From Chrysomallon squamiferum (Eukaryota; Animalia; Mollusca): a stretch of DNA of 64,000 nt. Of this stretch, positions 1 to 64,000 are shown piece by piece; positions within the stretch are counted from its first letter, which is position 1, and each line of letters begins with the position of its first letter. The stretch is from NCBI GenBank assembly GCA_012295275.1, contig CM022668.1, positions 11,656,001 to 11,720,000 on the forward strand, written 5' to 3'. A program made the translations under genes and the position numbers. Below the pieces are notes generated by a model. It was not told the DNA's origin. It saw only the letters and a list, made by a program, of their open reading frames with translations, and did no database searches.

Positions 1-12320
<12,320 letters not shown>

Positions 12321-12705
12321 TTCATTCACTCACTCTTTCATTTTATGTAACTATTTATCTTAATTTTTATGAAATATGTTTTTTATATTAGTTCTATTGC
12401 ACTTGAAAACTATAACTGTACATAAACCTATCGAGATCTTGACACTGAACTGACACTAAACATTTTTAAAATGCTTATTTTAAGAAAAAAAAATTTAAAA
12501 TATCTTATCTTCAAAATTCCTCTTTATGTAGGTGAAACAGGTGGTCTGATAGCTGAGTGCAGAAGTAATTTTTATTTTATTTTATATTTTATTTTTATTT
12601 TTTCGTTTTTGATAAAAGAAGAAATTCTTTTTTTTTTTTTTTTTTTTTTTTGCTTATTTTCGATTTTTGTTAGAGACAGGAGCGACCATCCTCCATTTTT
12701 TTATC

Positions 12706-12778
12706 TTATGACCTCGTTACGCTTTATGACCTCGCGCCCATGTGACGTCAGAGCAGTCGGTGCAGATTTATATAAAAG
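12706..12778 (+). promoter_or_regulatory. Candidate proximal promoter/enhancer: 2x TTATGACCTCG, CRE TGACGTCA, TATA box TATATAAAAG
   Basis: TTATGACCTCG at 12706 and 12724, TGACGTCA at 12743-12750, TATATAAAAG at 12769-12778; motif evidence only. Confidence 0.4.
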
Positions 12779-13009
12779 TGTATAAAATTAACGCGAAGGT
12801 TATTCCGTATCTAGTACAAGCGAGTCCTTGATTTTAACAGCTTTTTCGTGGCAAAGAAAAAAGAAAAAAAAAAGTTTCGTGAACAGTGAGAGATTCAGTA
12901 ATCGATAGCCCTTCATGTAGAGTTGACGTTAATAACTTATCAGTTTAACAAGCTATACAGTATTTGATAATGTTTACCCTTTTTGCCCTAAGTATATATA
13001 TATATATAT

Positions 13010-13590
13010 ACAGATTTTACTATTAATAGAGATTTTCGCGAATGTTTACATTTTTACTCTACTGAATAAAGATTTTACTGTTAATAGAGTATTTGCGAAA
13101 GTTTACATTTCCCCCATAGTATGTAAAGATTTTACCATTAATAGAGTATTTGCGAATGTTTACATTTTTACTCTACGAAATAAAGATTTTACTGTTAATA
13201 GAGAATTTGCGAATGTTTACATTTCTCCCTAGTATGTAAAGATTTTACCATTAATAGAGTATTTGCGAATGTTTACATTTTTACTCTACGAAATAAAGAT
13301 TTTACTGTTAATAGAGAATTTGCGAATGTTTACATTTCCCCCTAGTATGTAAAGATTTTACCATTAATAGAGTATTTGCGAATGCTTACGTCTTTTCCAC
13401 TTGCATGTAAACATTTTACAGTTAACAGAGTATTTGCGAATGTTTAATTTTTTCATCAGTGTATAAAGATTTTACCATTAATCTCTATTAATGGTAAAAT
13501 CTTTATACACTAGTGAAAAAAAGTGTATAAAAGTGTTTTTGCGAATGTGTTCATTTTTTTCCACTTGTATATAAAGGTTTAGCCATTACG
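13010..13590. repeat. 59/60-bp minisatellite (~8-9 units, alternating A/B variants) with an inverted segment near its end
   Basis: Recurring AGATTTTAC(C/T)(A/G)TTAATAGAG(T/A)ATTTGCGAATGTTTACATTT; palindrome at 13458-13511. Confidence 0.9.
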
Positions 13591-13712
13591 GCGTATATAC
13601 GTGTATATATATATATTTTTTTTTTCATTAAAAAAATATTTATCAGAGTTTACCCAAAGTAAATTTCATTTTAATTTTATTTGTAATTATAAAACTAACA
13701 CATTAGGAAGCT

Positions 13713-13749
<37 letters not shown>

Positions 13750-13848
13750 GTGGGTGTTTCCGTGTTAAATATATTTTCGTTTTAATTAAACTTCTTTCAA
13801 AAAACAAATAAACAGAAACATATGAAACACCGAACGAACGTTCAAAAT

Positions 13849-13883
<35 letters not shown>

Positions 13884-14083
13884 CTAAATTAAAAAATACA
13901 TATCTGCCAAGTATAATAAGACCTGCAGTTTCAATAAATCCTTGACGTCGTTGACCTCGCATTTTTAAAATTTCACAGCCGGATGTCAGGTGCCAAGAAC
14001 GACAACACACCATCAGGGGAGGTCACTGTGTCGTATTGACATGAACAACAAATAGTCTGGATTCGTGTTACAGAGCGCTGTCA

Positions 14084-14386
14084 TATAAAAATCAGAGACG
14101 AATCCAGAGCTTGTCAAAAGTGATAGAGTATCTCGGGCATGTTAAAGTAAGAATAAATAAATAAATAAAATAAAATAAATAAGTCAACTGGCAACAAAAA
14201 TACTCAAAAATACGTTACCCCCGCACTCCACCTCTCAGTTTGAATTCGCCCCTGAAAATGAATATCAAAGCAGCAGGATTAATGAAAAGAAAAACAAAAG
14301 TAAAGGTTTCTGTTTGTGGTTTTTAAAACCGAAAACATCCGCTGGTTCGCATTTTTTGTTGTTATTTATCGAGTTAAAAGGTGAGT
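14084..14386 (+). promoter_or_regulatory. Candidate core promoter and non-coding first exon
   Basis: TATAAAA at 14084-14090, Inr-like TCAGTT at 14235-14240, donors AAA|GTAAGA at 14147 and AAG|GTGAGT at 14381; the signal-peptide exon has an acceptor, so an upstream exon is required. Confidence 0.35.
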
Positions 14387-14573
14387 GGGTGTGTTAGGAA
14401 AATATCCAAACGACAGGTGGCTTCAGTAAACGCCTTCAGTTAATTTTTGTAACGTTCTCATGGGTATATTGATTACGTCACGGAGGTTAGATTCGGTAGG
14501 CAGTGGGAATTTGAAATACGTTCGCAGTCCTCTTTGTTTGTTGATGTTAGAGTGGAAGAGAAAGAAAGAGGTG

Positions 14574-14720
14574 GAAGAAGAAGAAGAAGGAAGAAATAGG
14601 AAAACAAAGAAAACAACATAAGTGTGTGGGTGTAAGAGTTTATATAGCGAAACAAAATAATGAAAGAAACAAAATATTAAATAACAAAACTTCACAAAAT
14701 ATATGGAAAAGAATGAATGA
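14574..14720 (+). repeat. Dispersed repeat, copy 2
   Basis: Aligns by eye to 7255-7430. Confidence 0.75.
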
Positions 14721-14978
14721 CGTATATAAGAATGAATGAGAGAGAGAGGGAGAGAGAGAAGAGTTTATATATAACACTTCTTTTAACAGACAGAAGAACA
14801 GAAAAACGAATATCTTAAACAGAGACAGAAAGAACAGTAAACGCAGAGAAACGAAACAAAATATCTGTTGATAATAAACAAACAAATAGACAATTATTAA
14901 GAACCTGATTCAAAACAAAAAATCATAGATAAAAGGAAAAGAATAAAGGTCAGAAAGGAGGGGAAATAATGAAAGGAA

Positions 14979-15063
<85 letters not shown>

Positions 15064-15682
15064 AAAGAAAAACGGACAAAGAAAGGAGAAAGGAAGACAG
15101 AAAAAAAGAAAAGAAAGAAAGCAGAAATAAAGAAACAACAAAATAAAAAGACTAAACGTAAGGAAAGGAAAGAACGAATGAACGAACGAACGAAGGAAAA
15201 AATGAAAGAACGGAAGAAAGAACGAAGGAACGAAAGAAAGAAGAAGAACTAGGTGCAGTCATAAAATTGAACGTATTCGTGCGCAACGTTACGCAAGACT
15301 GCACCACCACCACCTTAACCAGATCATTTTTCATATAAACGAGAAAAAAAAAAAACTTCCACACCCACACAACTATTTTGGTTTTTTCTTCTTTCTTCCT
15401 TTTTTTTTTTTTTTTTTTTTTTTCTTTGAAGTGTCCCAAATGTGTTGCAGAGATAAAAACATTATGACTTATCGTCAAGTTTAGTGCATAATTCAGTAAC
15501 GTTCTTATCACCCTGATTAATTTCACAGTTGATGAAGTAGGTAAAATATAGGTAAACTGCTTGTTAAACACTTAGTGTTGCCGATGAAGAATTAATAAAC
15601 TCAACGGAGTGTTACAGAGAATAGCATCTGTTAAGTTTACAAAGTACAAGGTAAAACTGATTATTATTATTGTTACTATTAC

Positions 15683-15739
<57 letters not shown>

Positions 15740-16007
15740 TACTATTATTATTATTATTATCATCATTATTATTAGTATTATTACTGTTGTTGTTATTGTT
15801 ATTACTATTACTAGTAGTAGTAGTAGTAGTAGTAGTAGTAATATTACTGTTCCTGTTGGTGTTTATTATTACTACTGAAATCATTATTGTTGTGGTCTTA
15901 GTCGTTGTAGTTGTTTTTACTCTTTTCATTATTATTATTATGGTTGTTGTTATTGTCGTTGTTGTTGTTTCTTTTGTTGCTTTGTTGTTAAAGATGTTAT
16001 TATTATA

Positions 16008-16410
16008 CAGGGTGTCCCAGAAGTCACGCACCATGAAGATTTTTATTTAGATACATATGAATAAAATTTTTATTAATAATAATCATAACAAATGCTCAAA
16101 TTGCTTGCCCTCTGCATTGATACATACTGTTTTTTACTCTGTTGAGGGTTTCGCTACTAATTTTTTGACATTCAATTGTTACTGCATCTTTCAAATCATT
16201 AAGAGTTCGTGGTCGATTCTGGTAAACAACAGATTTAAGATGTCCCCAAAGAAAATAGTCAAGAGGTGACAGATCTGGTGATCGAGGTGGCCACTCCACA
16301 GGACCTCTTCGCCCAATCCATCTGTCAGGAAAAGTCTGATTCAGGATATAATATAATGAAAATAAAATGTATATAAAATGTATATGGTGCGCGACTTCTG
16401 GGTAACCCTG
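16008..16410 (-). mobile_element. Internally deleted (non-autonomous) Tc1/mariner-superfamily DNA transposon, 403 bp, retaining a transposase C-terminal fragment
   Basis: 27-bp TIRs, 24/27 identical (CAGGGTGTCCCAGAAGTCACGCACCAT at 16008-16034; inverse at 16384-16410). TA on both flanks. Minus-strand peptide LNQTFPDRWIGRRGPVEWPPRSPDLSPLDYFLWGHLK carries the SPDLxPxD motif. Confidence 0.92.
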
Positions 16411-16532
16411 TATTTACAACTTTTGTCGTTATTGTTGCTGCTTCTGATGTTATTCATATTTCTGTTGATAATTTTGTTTTATTATTATTGTTGTTGTTGC
16501 TGCTGTTGTTAATATTATTATTACTATCATTA

Positions 16533-16575
<43 letters not shown>

Positions 16576-16847
16576 TCTATTAGTATTATTATTACTATTA
16601 TTATTTTATATTATTATTATTAATATTATTTTTATGATTATGATTATGATTATTGTTATTATTATTATTATTAATATTATATTATTATTTTTATTATTAT
16701 CATCATCATCATTATCTTTTTATTACTAATAATAGTATTAATATTATTATTATTGTTATATTATTGTTATTATTATATTATTGTTGTTATTATTATTATT
16801 AATATTATTTTTATGATTATGATTATTGTTATTATTATTATTATATG

Positions 16848-16880
<33 letters not shown>

Positions 16881-16883
16881 TTA

Positions 16884-16931
<48 letters not shown>

Positions 16932-16972
16932 CATTATTATATTTTTGTTATTGTTATATTTTTCAGTTCAAG

Positions 16973-63748
<46,776 letters not shown>

Positions 63749-64000
63749 GTAAGTAGCATTACCATTTTGTTCAATTTCATACATTCATTTATTATGCTGT
63801 AATTATATCTATCAAAATATAAATATAATCATAATGATAATTAAAATATATTATCAGCTATGTTACTAACATTTACTACTATTACACTAAAATTATACTT
63901 TATTCTTTACTACGTAATTAATAGTTCTTATTGCTGCTACAAACTAATATAAAAGTTCAGGTATTTTGTGGTATATATTTAATTAACAGTACTAATAAAT

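Noticed and set aside
13010-13590. CRISPR-like regular repeat
   Set aside because: No unique spacers, eukaryotic context and no cas genes; it is a minisatellite

Overview
AT-rich animal genomic DNA that is very dense in microsatellites. A mollusc, plausibly an octopod cephalopod, is inferred from composition only. Bases 1-16.9 kb are non-coding: simple repeats, several CpG-rich islands, candidate promoter/5'-UTR elements, a 59/60-bp minisatellite with a fold-back, and a 403-bp internally deleted Tc1/mariner element. From 16973 to past the window end lies one + strand, intron-rich gene, which I reconstructed by hand into 57 coding exons (~4,400 aa in the window). It encodes a signal peptide followed by at least 21 tandem von Willebrand factor A (VWA) domains joined by short Pro/Thr-rich linker exons. 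No collagen triple helix is present in the window. Every inter-module intron is phase 1. VWA1-5 are divergent and lack an intact MIDAS (His replaces Asp in three of them; VWA3 and VWA4 are very basic; VWA2-5 lack the flanking Cys pair). VWA6-21 are MIDAS-intact and Cys-clamped, and include two homogenised arrays (VWA7-12 and VWA14-21). Notable oddities: a 1-nt frameshift in VWA3, a 6-nt microexon, weak-donor microexons followed by (T)GCATG motifs, a CCAAT-box cluster resembling an internal promoter, a candidate stop exon and restart exon at the VWA5/VWA6 boundary, a triplicated splice donor, a fossil of a deleted VWA unit, a probable intron-gain footprint, and a sharp CpG-depletion step near 43.5 kb. 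All exon calls are manual and have no transcript support.
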